A DNA stretch of 64,000 bases. Source: Macrostomum hystrix. Lineage: Eukaryota > Animalia > Platyhelminthes. The position numbers were made by a program, and so were the translations under genes. Shown here piece after piece: positions 1 to 13,353 of this stretch (the first letter of the stretch is position 1; every line of letters starts with the position of its first letter). The stretch spans positions 1,116,001 to 1,180,000 of the forward strand of contig CATNEN010000009.1 in NCBI GenBank assembly GCA_950097015.1, read 5' to 3'. Under the pieces are notes generated by a model that was given only the letters and a program-made list of their open reading frames with translations, ran no database searches and was not told the origin of the DNA.

Positions 1-165
1 CTGCTGATAGACTAGCCTGTCAGAATCTGCTGATAGACTAGCCTGTCAGAATCTGCTGATATACTAGCCTGTCAGAATCTGCTGATAGACTAGCCTGTCA
101 GAATCTGCTGATAGACTAGCCTGTCAGAATCTGCTGATAGACTAGCCTGTCAGAATCTGCTGATA
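1..165. repeat. 26-bp minisatellite (CTGCTGATAGACTAGCCTGTCAGAAT), truncated by window start
   Basis: About 6 near-perfect tandem copies read directly. Confidence 0.95.
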
Positions 166-929
166 AAGATAGCCTTAATTGAGCCAATTGAAATTCAGAG
201 TGAAAATGAAGGCTCTGAGTGCAACTCTACAGAATTTTATCCTTAATTTGAGTCAATTTGAATCCTATATTTTACGGCATTTGACTATTTCGAATTAAAA
301 AACGCGAAGAAGTAATATTACCGGATCTTAATCAATTTAGCTATTACAACAAAAGCCTCAAGTACAAGCAATACAAAATATTTAACACGCTACAGTCACG
401 GACTTCTATGTGTATTGTTCTCATCAATAAGTTAAGCAACTTTAACAATAGCTTTCATTTTATAGTATCACAGCTACAGAGAAAACATCTTATTGTACAG
501 AAACAGGACAGGGCAGAGAAGCAGGTAACTGGTGTGTTGAGCGAGCCAATCTGAGCATGGGTATTTATTGTGACAAGTGTCAAAATGTCAGCGTGCACCA
601 ACAGTGTTCAGTTAAGAGCACTGAAAACAATCTGGGTAAACAGTGCTCATCAACTGGAGCAGCTCTCTAATTAATTAGAAAGGCGTGTAAAATGCTTAAA
701 ATTCAAATAAGTCTGCGGAAATTATAATATTAAAATTTATGCGCTTTTCAAGGGCAGAACTTGGTTTTTTGGAGAAAAACTGGCATGAATGAAGCCATGA
801 AAGTGGAAGAGCTGAGTTGGAAATGCTGCGAAATCTCTGCGTACAGCAAAATAGCAAATTTTACTCATTAGCACGGCCAGTTTTTACCTTTGAGACTTTG
901 ATTCAGGATTGCTAAATTTTAGAAAATAC

Positions 930-1170
930 AATCCACTGGAATCCCTAATCAATTGGCTAGGCTAGCAATCCTCTGGAATCCTTAATTAATTGGCTAGGCT
1001 AGCAATCCTCTGGAATCCTTAATTAATTGGCTAGGCTAGCAATCCACTGGAATCCTTAATTAATTGGCTAGGCTAGCAATCCTCTGGAATCCCAAATCAA
1101 TTGGCTAGGCTAGCAATCCTATGGAATCCTTAATTAATTGGCTAGGCTAGCAATCCTCTGGAATCCCCAG
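930..1170. repeat. 37-bp minisatellite just 3' of the NACHT-TPR stop codon
   Basis: GGCTAGGCTAGCAATCCTCTGGAATCCTTAATTAATT, about 6 copies. Confidence 0.95.
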
Positions 1171-1185
1171 TATATTGGCATGGAG

Positions 1186-4100
1186 TCAGTCCCTCAGCGT
1201 CAGCGTGGCAAGCATGTCGCTCACTACCTCGTCAGCTCCATCGTCCTCCGCCATCGCCGAAGCAGAACCTGCGGCCGCGCTGCCCCCCGGCAAATCGGCC
1301 AGCTGGTCCTCGTCCAGCAGCACAAAGTCGTCTTCGTCAGCGGCGGCTTGGTGGTCGGAGTTGGACAGCGAGCTGAAGCTGTAGCTGCCACCGGCTGACT
1401 GGGCCTGGTCGTCCTCGTCCTCCTGGAGCTCGCGCTGGCTGAACTCGGCCTCCTGCTCGGGCCCGACCTCCGATGAGTGCAGGTGGCGCAGGTAGAGCGC
1501 GGCCCGTCTGTAGCGGGGCTCCAGCAGCACCGAGCCTGCGCGGCAGGTCTTTGGATGATCGGGCCCGTACACCAGCTGAATGACCTCCGCCCAGCGCCGA
1601 AAATACATGTAGGCCCGGAGGAAGCAGGACTGGGGAGGCCGAGTGGTCAGATATTAGATACGACTCACCTGCCTGTCTCAAACTTGGCTTCATCAAACTA
1701 AATGACGTCATCAAACTAAATGACGTCATCAAACTGGTTAACATAAACAAACTGAATGAACCTAACTATCTGAATTACCTAAATTTTATTATTCTGAGGT
1801 TATGCAAGCCTCATCTGATCTCAAAGAACTTTGTCGCACAAATGTCCGCAGCCTCCAGGAGCTCACCTTGTCCTCGTAGGCGATGCCGATGTTGATGTAC
1901 AACCGGCCCACCAGGCGGTGGCAGTCGCCGAACAGCAGGCGGGCCAGCCGCAGAGCCGCCTTGTACAGCCGCAGCTGGCGGTCTGAGCCACGCTTGGCCA
2001 GGACGCCCTGCGTCATGGCGGCCTCGCTGGCGAGCTGGCGGTCCAGCTGCCGGGCGAAAGCGTCGGAGGCTGCCTGCACCAGGCTCAGCGCCTTGCCGAC
2101 AGCCTGCTCTGGAGTCAGCCAGGCGTGGCCGCCGCCGCAGGCTCGCCAGGAGTCCAGAGCGAAGCCCAGGCGCATCTGCAGGACCGCCAATCGGCGTCGC
2201 CCGCTCTCCCGGCGCATGCGGCTGTAGACCCCGATGGCGGCCTCGGCGAACTTGATGGCCCGCCTCAACGTCGGCTTCTGGTCGCTGGTGACAAAGTCCG
2301 ACAGCTTTAGCCGGTCGTCGTACAGGTGGAACATCAGGCCGCAGAGGTCCGCTGTGATTGGCTGGGGCAGGCCGGCCGCCTTGGCCAGCTTGTAGGCGGA
2401 TTTTGCCGCTTCCAGGCACCTGCGGGGTGAGAATAACCAATCAGAACGTAATGGGACAGTCAAAAGAAACGCTATTATGTAATAAAAATATTAATTGAAG
2501 GAGGGCTGCGGGCAATGGCACATCATCTAGCGACACTAGACCCGCAGCCAGCGAGGAGGCAATTCTGCCCAATATGCTGAATCTTAAGCACGCACACAGA
2601 CACCGTACGCAGGCATGCCCTCACATAGGTGTGTATATCTGCCCTGACTTTCTCATCGTCAGGCAGTGTACACTCTCACTGTGCCTAGGAGGTTGGTTCT
2701 CAAGTGCGTAAATTGCACGACAAGCCCCCAAGCCTTCTCTCCGCGGCTGCGGCCCAAATGAATGTGGCCACGCTTCGGAATCGAGCTCAGGGACCTTCGT
2801 GCGAGAGGCGTTAGACCTCTCTGCCACTCACAACAATCCCGTTGGTAGAGTCAGCAGAAATCCCACTTGATAGAGTCAGCAGAAATCCCATTTGGTACAG
2901 TCAGCAGAATTCCCATTTGGTACAATCAGCAGAATTCCCATTTGGTACAATCAGCAGAATTCCCATTTGGTACAATCAGCAGGATTCCCATTTGGTACAG
3001 TCAGCAGAATTCCCATTTGGTACAATCAGCAGAATTCCCATTTGGTACAATCAGCAGAATTCCCATTTGGTACAATCAGCAGGATTCCCATTTGGTACAG
3101 TCAGCAGAATTCCCATTTGGTACAGTCAGCAGAATTCCCATTTGGCACAATCAGCAGAATTCCCATTTGGCACAATCAGCAGAATTCCCATTTGGTACAG
3201 TCAGCAAATATCCTGTTTGGAACAGTCACCAGAAATTATTTTTAGGACAGTCACCAGAAGTCCTAGAATTATAAAAAGGGAATAAATTTTACCCGCATAT
3301 TAAGCAAGCATATAGAAGCTGACATCTCATATCAGGCTCTCCCTGACCTGCGGTAGTGCCCGGCCAGCAGCAACACCCGGCAGATGAGCAGGTGGCGGTG
3401 CAGGCAGCAGGCGGAGCTGCCCGCAGCCTCGAGCAGTCCGCAGTAGCGCTCAGCCATGGAACCGTAGTCGCCGCACTGTGCCGCGTCTCTCCACAGGCGC
3501 AGCAGGCGGTCGCTGGGCTCAGGAGCGTCGCACTGCTGGAAAGTCTCCAGCACGTCCCAGCGGCAGAGAAAATCCTCGAGGCGGCCGAGGGCGCCGCTGG
3601 CCAGGGCGGCCGGCGGGAATTCGTCAAGGCAGCGGTCCAGGCCGCACAGCTCCGGCCGCTCAAAATGGTCGGCCAGTCGGGACAGCCAGAACTGCCCGCT
3701 GGCCTGGTACAGGGAGCTGGGGTAAAGGGCAATTGGGCAGTGGGAATCACGTTGAATCAGATGATCAGAGGCGTGGAGAAAACTGGGGATCAGAGATGTA
3801 GGAAAACTTGGGATCAAAGGCGTGGGGAAAACTAGGGATCAGAGATGTAGGAAAATTGGGGATCAGAGATGTAGGAAAACTGGGGATCAGAGATGTAGGA
3901 AAACTGGGGATCAGAGATGTAGGAAAATTGGGGATCAGAGATGTAGGAAAACTGGGGATCAGAGATGTAGGAAAACTGGGGATCAGAGATGTAGGAAAAC
4001 TGGGGATCAGAGATGTAGGAAAATTGGGGATCAGAGATGTAGGAAAACTGGGGATCAGAGATGTAGGAAAACTGGGGATCAGAGATGTAGGAAAACTGGG

Positions 4101-7100
4101 AATCAGAGATGTAGGAAAACTTGGGATCAAAGGCGTGGGGAAAACTAGGGATCAGAGATGTAGGAAAACTGGGAATCAGAGATGTAGGAAAACTGGGGAT
4201 CAGAGATGTAGGAAAACTTGGGATCAAAAGTGTGGTGAAAACGGGATTAGAGGCGTGGGGAAAATTGAGGATCACAGAGGTCACATACCGAGCGGCCTTG
4301 CGCAGCGCGGGGTGTCGGAAGGCCAGCCAGCGGTCGGGCTCCAGAGATTGCGGCGCCGGAAGCGTCAGCAGCGGTGCCAGAGCGCTCAGCACGCCAGTCC
4401 AGCGTCGCTGGGACCAGCCGAGCCGCGCGCTGCCAGTCATGAGCTCCGCTGCATCGGCGATGGAGGCCTTCTCCGAAGGCTCGACGCCATCCTTTTCGGC
4501 GAAGGGACCTCCGGGCGCGATGAGCGGGCCACTGCTCAGCAGGCCGACGGCCTCGGACTCAAACAGGCCGCCGTGGGCCGAATTGGCCAGCAGACTGAGC
4601 AGCGCCTCCGCCAGGGCCATTGCCGAGTTGCCATCGGCGTCGCCATCAGCTTCTGGAAGGTCAGCGACTGCGTCAACCACAACGCTGCGGCACAACTCGG
4701 AGAGCGAGTCGCAGACCGACAGGCAGTGACGGCGCCGACTTCGGACAGCGCTGAGCTGCAGGAACATCGCCTGGTCGGAGGAGCGAGCCAGCCGGGCCAC
4801 CTCGGCGGCCGAGAGCGGCGGTTGCGGGCCGGCCTTTTGGGAGGGTAGGTCGGGCAGGATGCTAGATTAATGTTTCTTGGGGACCGAAGTTTTCTGGTTG
4901 AGGGACCGTCCTGACTGAGGGACTGAAGGTTCCTGACTGAGGGACTGAAGGTTCCTGTCTGAGGGACTGAAGGTTCTTGACTGAGGGACTGAAGGTTCTT
5001 GACTGAGGGACTGAAGGTTCCTGACTGAGGCACTGTCGGACTGAGGATATGAAATGACAAAATACGCTCGTATACTGTACGTATGAAAAAATATTATCTT
5101 GAAGTAAGCATGGCTTAGACCATGAACAGTGAACCCTGAACAAACCGATAGATCCATCTTATCTGACGAGATGAAGCTCAGAAACTGAATTCACCAAACG
5201 ACCAGAACTTACTGCGTCTGCTGAAGCTGCAGCCACAATGAGCCGGCGCTCCGGCTCGCACAGCGGCAGCACCAGCTCGCAGTCGATGCAACCGCCGCCG
5301 GCACCTACGGCGCCGCTGCCGCTCGGAACACCAACATCGTCTCGACTGCGAAGAGTCTTGGCGGGCTCGCAGTCAGGCGGGCAGGACATCAGCACCCGGG
5401 CGAATGCGGCCAGGTTGCTGGGCAGCCAGTTCAGCAGGCGGGCGGCTCCGGGCTCGCCGCGCAGTCGGTCACAGCCAGGTAGGATGAGGAGCAGCGGCCT
5501 CCGCGGCCCGGAGAACTCCAGCAGGAAGGCGACTGCGTCGGACAGCCGGGAGACGGGAGCGTCCTCGCGCAGCAGGTCCGAGCAGAAGGGAGCCTGCAAG
5601 GCGGTGAAGGAAAATTATGACTTGGTCTAATTATGACTAGAAACATGAAAGTCATCAATCCCAGGGGATTATTGAAGGTCAGCAACAACGTTTAAAAATC
5701 AAAAGGCCAGCGAAAATCCTTGGGAATCAGGGTAGGTCAGACAAATCTTCTCGGGATCCTCTCGGGAATGACGGTAGGCACAATCCCTGGGGATCAGCAA
5801 AAATCCCAGGGTATATTAAAGGACAGCAGCGATCCGAAGGGATTATAAAAGGTCATCTGCAATCTTTGTGGATAATATTGAAGTTCAACAAAAATCCCTA
5901 GGAATTGTGCTGACAGTCATGAATCCACGCATGACGGATAAAATCTTTACCTGATAGGCCAACAGCTCAGGCGGTAGCGGCGGAGTCAGCGGGCAGCCGC
6001 TGGGTGCGGAGGCGGAAGCTGCAGCGGTGGCAGCAGCCGACCAGTCGACACCGTCGAGTAGCTCGGCCAGCAGCCGGATGAGCAGCCAGCGGACGTCGCC
6101 GCTACGATAGTCGGCATCGGGCGAGTGGTAGATGAGCACCGCGCCGCTGACAGCCGGCCCGGATGGTTCGCGCCGTCTTCCGCGAAGCCAACGCAGCAGC
6201 TGGCAGGCGACGCTGGCTAGCACGCAGGATTTGCCTTCGCCTGGCTCGCCAACCAGCAAGACAGGCGAATTTCCAGATGCCGCCTGTCTCCAGTTGTCCG
6301 TCTCCTCGTCTTCGCCGTTGTCTTCGCTTTCATCCTCCGCATCGTCATTCTCATCTTTAGCGTCATTTTCGTCAGCGGAGTCACCATTGGGCGGCTGCTG
6401 CAGGAGCTGGGGCGGCGGCAGCACTGGAAGCAGCCGGCGACGTGGCAAAGGTGGCGGCAGCGGTTGCGTTGTAGGCGACAGAGTTAACAGACGGCTTGGC
6501 GCCTCAGCTGCTGAGCTGCTGAGCCTGATTGGGTAGGTGGACCGACGGAGGAGCGTTGAAAGATAACAGATGTGTGGGAGGATGGCATATGCGTGGGAGG
6601 ATGGTATATGCGTGGGAGGATGGCATATGCGTGGGAGGATGGCATATGCGTGGGAGGATGGCATATGCGTGGGAGGATGGCATATGCGTGGGAGGATGGC
6701 ATATGCGTGGGAGGATGGCATATGCGTGGGAGGATGGCATATGCGTGGGAGGATGGCATATGCGTGGGAGGATGGCATATGCGTGGGAGGATGGCATATG
6801 CGTGGGAGGATGGCATATGCGTGGGAGGATGGCATATGCGTGGGAGGATGGCATATGCGTGGGAGGATGGCATATGCGTGGGAGGATGGCATATGCGTGG
6901 GAGGATGGCATATGCGTGGGAGGATGGCATATGCGTGGGAGGATGTCACATGCGTGGGAGTTTAATCGTTGCAGTTTATTGATATTATTGGTGACTAAAT
7001 TTAGAATGCGCGGGCGGCAGACCTGGGTGCGGGATAGTCCGGGCAGAGCTTTCGCAGCAGCCGGTTCACCAGGCCGTTTCGTGTGCGCGGGTGGCGCTCG

Positions 7101-8449
7101 GCGGACCGTCTGTCGCAGTCGGCGGCCTGCGACTCGGCCAGGCCGGCTAGCACCCAACGGCAGCTGCGAACTCGCAGCCGGAGGGCGACCCAGTGGCGCA
7201 ACGAGTCGGCGGGTCCGGCGCTGTCTGATTCTTCGGGACGCAGAGGCAGCAGGCGGTTGTTCTGCGGAGCGCAAAAGCATAAAGGATAAAGCATAGGGGA
7301 TAAAGAAAAGAAAATAACAGACACCAACTATCCCAAAGAATGGAATAAATGAAAAGAGAGTATCACAAAGACACTCGCCACCACCCCAGCAGATCACGTG
7401 ACACAAAAGATCACAAAGACACTAACTACCACCCCAGCAGATCACGTGACAGAAGATCACATGACACTAACTACCACCCCAGCAGATCACGTGACAGAAG
7501 ATCACATGACACTAACTACCACCCCAGCAGATCACGTGATAGAAGATCACATAACACTAACTACCACCCCAGCAGATCACGTGACAGAAGATCACATGAC
7601 ACTAACTACCACCCCAGCAGATCACGTGACAGAAGATCACAAAGACAAAAACCATCCCAGCATATCATGTGACACGGAAGATCACAAAGACACCAACCAT
7701 CCCCAGCAGATCACGTGACACGGAAGATCACAAAGAAAGACACCAACCATCTCAACATGTTTTTTAAAAAGCGCTCAAAGCAAAGCCGGCAGCTCACGTG
7801 ATAGTACTGCAGCAGCAGATCACCGGGACAGGCGTCGCCGACAAATCGTCGATTGGCGAAATTTCTGGCTCGCGCCGACAACTCGGCGACATCGTCGACT
7901 ACACAGACGGCGTCCTCTAGCAGCGGATGATGCGCCTCGGTCAGCTTGTCGATGGTGGACCTGCGCAGGTGGAAATGCAGGGCGAACTCGCCCGCGTAGT
8001 CCGGCTGGCCGGGGAAGGCGTGCAGGATGCCAACGGACTCGTGCACCAGGTTCACGTACAGCGTCACGTCGCTGCTGCTGCCAGAGTCAACGCCTTCCCG
8101 CTCGAAGTCGTGATTGGCCGAAGCGATGACGTCCTGATCAGCATCAATGCCGATTTTATCGCTGCTACCACCGTTGCAGTTATCATTATGCGGTTTAGTG
8201 CCCTGAAGGTTTCAGGGCAGGAAATTTGTGAGCCCTAGAAATAATCAATCATCTAAAATGAGCACCAAGAGGCTCCTGAGATGCTCCGCCCGGACTCACC
8301 CAAAATGTAAATTCGGTGGCCACAGAAAGGCCAGGAAACTCCGCATTAAGAAATGGGATCACATTATCCGACAGGTCGAGAATCCGCAGGTCCAGCTCGT
8401 CAAAGCAGGACACCTTCAGCAGAAGCGCCTTGCCGCACCAGCTGGTCAT
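1186..8449 (-). CDS. Multi-exon NACHT/STAND-like P-loop NTPase with C-terminal TPRs and acidic tail (NPHP3/NWD/TEP1-type architecture), ~1219 aa
   Basis: Nine exons with GT-AG ends and matching phases: 8449-8300, 8202-7798, 7261-7023, 6524-5951, 5593-5213, 4833-4289, 3716-3348, 2419-1867, 1629-1186 (3660 nt, one open frame). Walker A VLLVGEPGEGKS; Walker B position LLLILPGCDRL followed by LNWLP..ARVLMS; TPR-like HRLVGRLYINIGIAYEDK and VYGPDHPKT. Start codon uncertain. Confidence 0.8.
2480..2829 (-). mobile_element. tRNA-derived SINE family A, copy 1 (intronic)
   Basis: Aligns with 12365-12714 and 61793-62157. Minus strand has A-box-like TGGCAGAGAGG, B-box-like GCTCGATTCC and tail GCCCTCCTTCAATTAAT. 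Confidence 0.8.
2850..3215. repeat. 25-bp intronic minisatellite (CAGCAGAATTCCCATTTGGTACAAT)
   Basis: About 14 tandem copies; accounts for the three repetitive ORFs here. Confidence 0.95.
3780..4260. repeat. 24-bp intronic minisatellite (GGGATCAGAGATGTAGGAAAACTG)
   Basis: About 19 copies between exons 6 and 7. Confidence 0.95.
4905..5045. repeat. 22-bp intronic minisatellite (GACTGAGGGACTGAAGGTTCCT)
   Basis: About 6 copies. Confidence 0.9.
6570..6958. repeat. 19-bp intronic minisatellite (GGGAGGATGGCATATGCGT)
   Basis: About 20 near-perfect copies. Confidence 0.95.
7375..7740. repeat. 45-bp intronic minisatellite
   Basis: CCCCAGCAGATCACGTGACAGAAGATCACATGACACTAACTACCA, about 7 copies. Confidence 0.9.
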
Positions 8450-11226
8450 GCTGAGGCCGGACTGCTACGATTGGTCATTGGCTCTGGGTGACCGGGTGGG
8501 AGTTGGAGGCATACAAATCATGTAGCTGATGACAGCAGTTCGCTGCAAGGTCAAGCGAGTTAAATTTTGCTATACTTGGCCAGGTCTACAATTTCAAGAG
8601 CTCTTCCTGCAATACCAGGACATTTGAGAATGTATGGACTATGTACGCATGTTTAGTGTCTAGAGGGTCTAGACTAAGAACAACAAAAGCTATAAATCAA
8701 TGCAGTGAGCTCACGATCAATTTGGCATATTCCAAAAGGCTAAATGTGAAATGTATTGCAGACAAGAAAATACAGAAAAGTATAACAAAAAATTATAAGA
8801 AAGAGCTAAAAAACTACTCATATGTGCTAATAATATATTTAAGTAGCAGTTAAGACAGCCTATGAAACACTAGCATTGCATTACTGTATATTACAATTGA
8901 AAAAAATTCATTGCCATAGGTGTCAATAAGACAAAAATTTAGGTACTGATGTATTTCACAGCCTTATTTATTTATTTTACTCAACAAGCTAGTCACAACT
9001 AAAAGCAAATAACTGCATAGCACAATAATAGATGTTTTATAGTTTTTATATAGCTATATTACTAATATACCATTTTTAAAGGTCTTATAGCTACCTATAG
9101 CACTTAAAATTTTTAAATCATAATAACCTAACCACAATTATAACATACCAACCTAAACTATTCAAGGCTTTAATGCTAAATATGCATTTACTCTATTGCA
9201 AAAAATACCAATCTGTTGTCAGTGTATATAGTATACAGTGCACTTTTTGGAGTTTGTATAATGTGATATGAAGACCTAGAAACAAAGAAAATCATGACTA
9301 GCTTATTAGCTAATAATTTAAAGCAAATAAAAAGTTAATTTAAAATAAATTGGAGATGTTTTAGAAAGAACATTACACTTCTCTTTGTTACAACAGTAAC
9401 AAAATAAAGAATTCAGAACAAACCATAACTATTAGTAGCTAATATGAAAACGTAAATAACAATTAAGAACAAATTACGTAAAGAACAAATTATTATTCCG
9501 TGGATAATAGTCTACAAACACGTAAAAAACTGTGTAACAAACTATTTATTATCAAGGGGGTTGGTTATTTCAAAGCATTAAGCATTTTACACAACAAAGT
9601 GTTGTGGTTAAGTTACAAGTTTTTAGTTCAGGACTCTACTTATTTTATTCTTCAAGCCGTTATTATATTCTTAAGTAAAGTTAGTCAACCAATTCCGATC
9701 ATAAATTCGATTAATCATGCTAACCCCAGTCCAGTCTCTATATTAAAAAACGTCGAAATATAAGTTTTGGGCTTTTTAAACTTGCGCTTTAATATCTTCG
9801 GGGCCTCAGTACACTATAACAAACGCAAACGCGTAATATCAATTAACTGTAGCTAGTTAAAAGCATTTGAGTTCTCTATAGAAGCTGGATAGCTATGGGA
9901 TCATCTTAGCTGCTTGTGAGTCTGAGGAAGGACCACTAGAAGAATAGAAGAATATTCTAAAGAATCTGTCGATGTGATTCGAATCAAATATTTACATCTT
10001 TTTTTTTAATAACTAGCTAAGAAATACTGACCAAAATACTAACACATTGTTGTAAAACTACAACAAAATACTAAAAAAGCTTAGTATGCACAACACACGT
10101 TTGTGTAAACTTAAAGGTGAACTCATGTTTGAATAAGGACTTTTGATTTGTTGAAAATAAAGTGTATAGTAATTTTTGTGCATTTAGTAACATTATGAGA
10201 AAGTTCGTGTCTTTTTGTTGCTTTATTGGGCTCAGGCTTTTGCAGGTCTTCAACAAATTAAACGGCCCTATGCGTACTTATAAACTGTCATGATCGAAGA
10301 CGCTACATACTGTATACTCTCTTTAAGCTTCTGTAAAATTTGCACCTGTTTTTCTAGACTATTGGTGTCACATTTCATGTTATTTTTAGGGCTGCAGTAT
10401 GCAAGTGCTATTTTTGTAGCGTGCGACATGCCCTACATGTACAGCACATGCACTTTAATAATTGACATAGTAATATTACTCAAAAAGCGTAAGATTGTTT
10501 CTGTACCTAATTGTACTGTAAATTTTCCTGTTTCGAAGGCTGTTCTGCTGCTACGTATAAACTCCTGAAACGAAAAAGGACTGCGCAAATTACACGTAAA
10601 ACACGTAAAACGAACCCTGCTTTGCCACAAGCCGCGTTAGCCGGGTTGGAGACTGAACCGAATTGCAAGGCAGCTGGTCGAATTGAAGACGCTGGCTTCG
10701 CATTGCTAGCTATGATCGGAGGAACTATCGCACTCGCATCAAATCAAAATTTGAGAACTGCCTCGTCTATTAGTACGTGCGTGCATGTTTGGGTTTCTGA
10801 TTTTCAGTAGCATTACTTCACACCGAATTCTAAAGACCATTGCTTGTTTAGTCGCGGAAAAACGGCGGCGTATCCTCTGAAGATTTGGAAAATAGAATCC
10901 CCAATTGAAATATTTTTAAACACAGCATAAATATATCTTAAATTCTTTGGTAAGAGTAAAAGCCTAAAATATTCTACCTCACACAGGTATAATTTAAACA
11001 GAGATTCTATTTCACTTCACACCATCGGCAAGTGAGATAAAAATTATGACTGGACAGAAAGAGTAAGAACGAACAACAAGTTGATGTTGGTGCAGTTTTG
11101 GCAGACCATAGTGTGAGAGTTCTGTCATGGAAGATATCATGCTAAAAATACTTGCAGAAAAGCTCCTGGGTAAAATCTCGTAAATAAATATAGCTCAGAC
11201 TAAGATAAAATAGCAGGTTAAAAAGG

Positions 11227-12207
11227 CTACAAAAATTTCGTTGGGTCATTATCGTCCTTGTGCGAGGAGGAGCGATGCCTTCGCTTCTTGGTGCCGACAA
11301 CGCAGAAGTCGCTCAGCCAGAGGCGCAGGGTCCTGTCCGCCGCCAGCACCAGGAAGCAGGCCAGCAGGCTCGGCGGCGCGGTGTCGAAAGGCGTGGCGCC
11401 CCGAGCTCCCTCCAGGGCGCTCATGTACTCCTCGCGGCAAAGCGTCAGGTTTCCGCTGGAGTTGCGCAACGTGGCAAAGTTGAACAGCAGCGGCACCGTC
11501 AGGCAGCCGCTGGCTCGAAGCAGCAGAGAGCACAGCAGGCGGCCTGTACGCCCGTTGCCGTCCCGGTACGGATGGATGAGCAGGAAGCGCTCCAGGAACA
11601 CGGCCGCCAGCTGAAAGGCTTCAGCGCGACACGCGATGTCCCGCAAATGCTTGGAGCAGTAGTCAAACAGAGCGTCCAACTCAGCGGGTATCAGATCCGG
11701 GTTAATGTACTTGAAGCCGGCTGCTGAGCCAGTCGGTGCCGCCTCCAGAGTGCGAAGAATACCGGCATCAGGAGCGCTGCCCGCGGGCATGAGCTGCCGG
11801 TGCAGCCGGTGGGCGAGATCCGCATTAAAATTCTGCTCGGGCCGATCGCGGAGACCAACGCCGAACAGCCATTGATAGGCTCGCTGAAGGCAGTTGACTT
11901 CGGCCGAATAGGCTTCATCACCGGCATCGCCCACCAGGACATGTTCAATGGTGACGTCCTGACCTCCGGAGAATAGGCGAACCTCGCACAGAGCGTAATA
12001 CCTGGCCAAGTACGCATCGTCGCTTAACTGCTGACCGGAGTCGCTGATTGAGCGCTGATAGGCAACTGATTTAGCACTAGGAATCTGGCTTTCCAGATTG
12101 CCCAGGTTGTCCAGCAGCTCGCGGACTGGCTCACCCGGAAGCAGCTGCTGTGGCTGATGATCAAGGCTAACAGCGGAATGGTCCAACTTTTTCAGCCTTA
12201 GAGCCAT
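11227..12207 (-). CDS. Fic/Doc-domain protein 1 (putative AMPylase), intronless, ~326 aa from MALRLKK
   Basis: Fic motif variant HPYRDGNGRTGR; LHRQLM and GILRT elements; flap region FKYINPDLIPAELDALF. ORF track 11227..12333; ATG at 12207 preferred. Confidence 0.9.
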   Translation of the reverse strand: MALRLKKLDHSAVSLDHQPQQLLPGEPVRELLDNLGNLESQIPSAKSVAYQRSISDSGQQLSDDAYLARYYALCEVRLFSGGQDVTIEHVLVGDAGDEAYSAEVNCLQRAYQWLFGVGLRDRPEQNFNADLAHRLHRQLMPAGSAPDAGILRTLEAAPTGSAAGFKYINPDLIPAELDALFDYCSKHLRDIACRAEAFQLAAVFLERFLLIHPYRDGNGRTGRLLCSLLLRASGCLTVPLLFNFATLRNSSGNLTLCREEYMSALEGARGATPFDTAPPSLLACFLVLAADRTLRLWLSDFCVVGTKKRRHRSSSHKDDNDPTKFL

Positions 12208-12364
12208 CGAACAGCTGGAAACAGACGAACAAGAGCTTTTGATTGTTTTAGCCAGGAGGTTAGAACTACCAACAATAAACCAAGCGGTCGAGAATTCGAA
12301 TTCGAGTCCAGGGGAGACAAAATGCATGAACAAGTACTGTATTGCTCATCGATTCAGATCAGGG

Positions 12365-12714
12365 ATAATAACAAAAATAATTACAGGAGGGCTGTGGGTA
12401 TAGCACATCATTCAGTGACACTAGACCTGCATGGAAGCAATTCTGCCCATTTGGCTGACTCCTGTGCACACGCACACAGATACCGTACTCAGGCACACAC
12501 TTACACAGGTATGGACACCTGTCCTGACTTTCTCATCGTCGGGCAGTGTACACTTCACTGTGCGTTGGAGGCTGGTCCTCAAGGGCGTAAATCGCTCAAG
12601 CACACAAGCCTTCTCTCCGCGCCCCAAATGAATGTGGCCTCGCCGTCGCCGTGGAATCGAGCTTAGGGACATTAGCGCGAGAGGCAAACGCGTTAACCCT
12701 CTGCCACCGAGCCC
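12365..12714 (-). mobile_element. SINE family A, copy 2
   Basis: Homologous to copies 1 and 3; imperfect flanking repeat TCAGATCAGGGAT / TCAATTCAGGGAT may be a decayed TSD. Confidence 0.8.
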
Positions 12715-12723
12715 TCAATTCAG

Positions 12724-12930
12724 GGATTGTAGCCTAGTGGTTACACTGTGGGACTCACGACTTGAAGGTCGGGGTTTGAATTCCCGAATCCTGCACAGGA
12801 ACGATTTGTGTAGAACAATTAAATAGGTACCAGCATTAACTGGGGTAATTGAGGGTGGATGCGGCGTCCCTTCAGTCCATGGACTGAACAGTTGTACGCA
12901 CTTAGCGCCGTGCAATAACTGTTGCTGTGC
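12724..12930 (+). mobile_element. tRNA-derived SINE family B, copy 1
   Basis: A-box TAGCCTAGTGG and B-box GTTTGAATTCC; shares GTACC(A/G)GCATTAA and CAGTCCATGGACTGAACAG(T/C)TGTAC with 63770-64000. Confidence 0.6.
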
Positions 12931-13353
12931 TGTCGGCTGCACATCCGGCACAAATGGGGCATGTGGAATCAATTATTATTACTATTAAATTCAGCCAGAT
13001 GTAATCCGTACTGCCCCAAGTACATCGACTGAACAGCTAGCTGCATGCAGCCTTTTGATGTCCCCGACGACACATCTGGCCTCAGCCCTTGAAGTTGCCA
13101 ATGCGTCGATTAAGGTGGGATAAAATCGGTCCGATACTCTCACTAAAATGCGTTACATAATTTGTTATTCTCTCACCACAGCTACGAAAACAATAAATAA
13201 ACACAAAGCAAAACAGACTATTGAATTAAATAACCCGCACAAGTGGGCTTTTTATTTGAAAACCAACCTTATTTACAATGCTCTCTGACTAAAACACAAG
13301 CCTTAGTTTAACTGCATGACAAACAGCATCAATTTACATAGAATTCACAGATA

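Noticed and set aside
8641-10810. Short ORFs in AT-rich intergenic DNA (also 15463-16466, 39940-42674, 62803-63994)
   Set aside because: No motifs, composition unlike the GC-rich host exons, and no consistent splice chain found.
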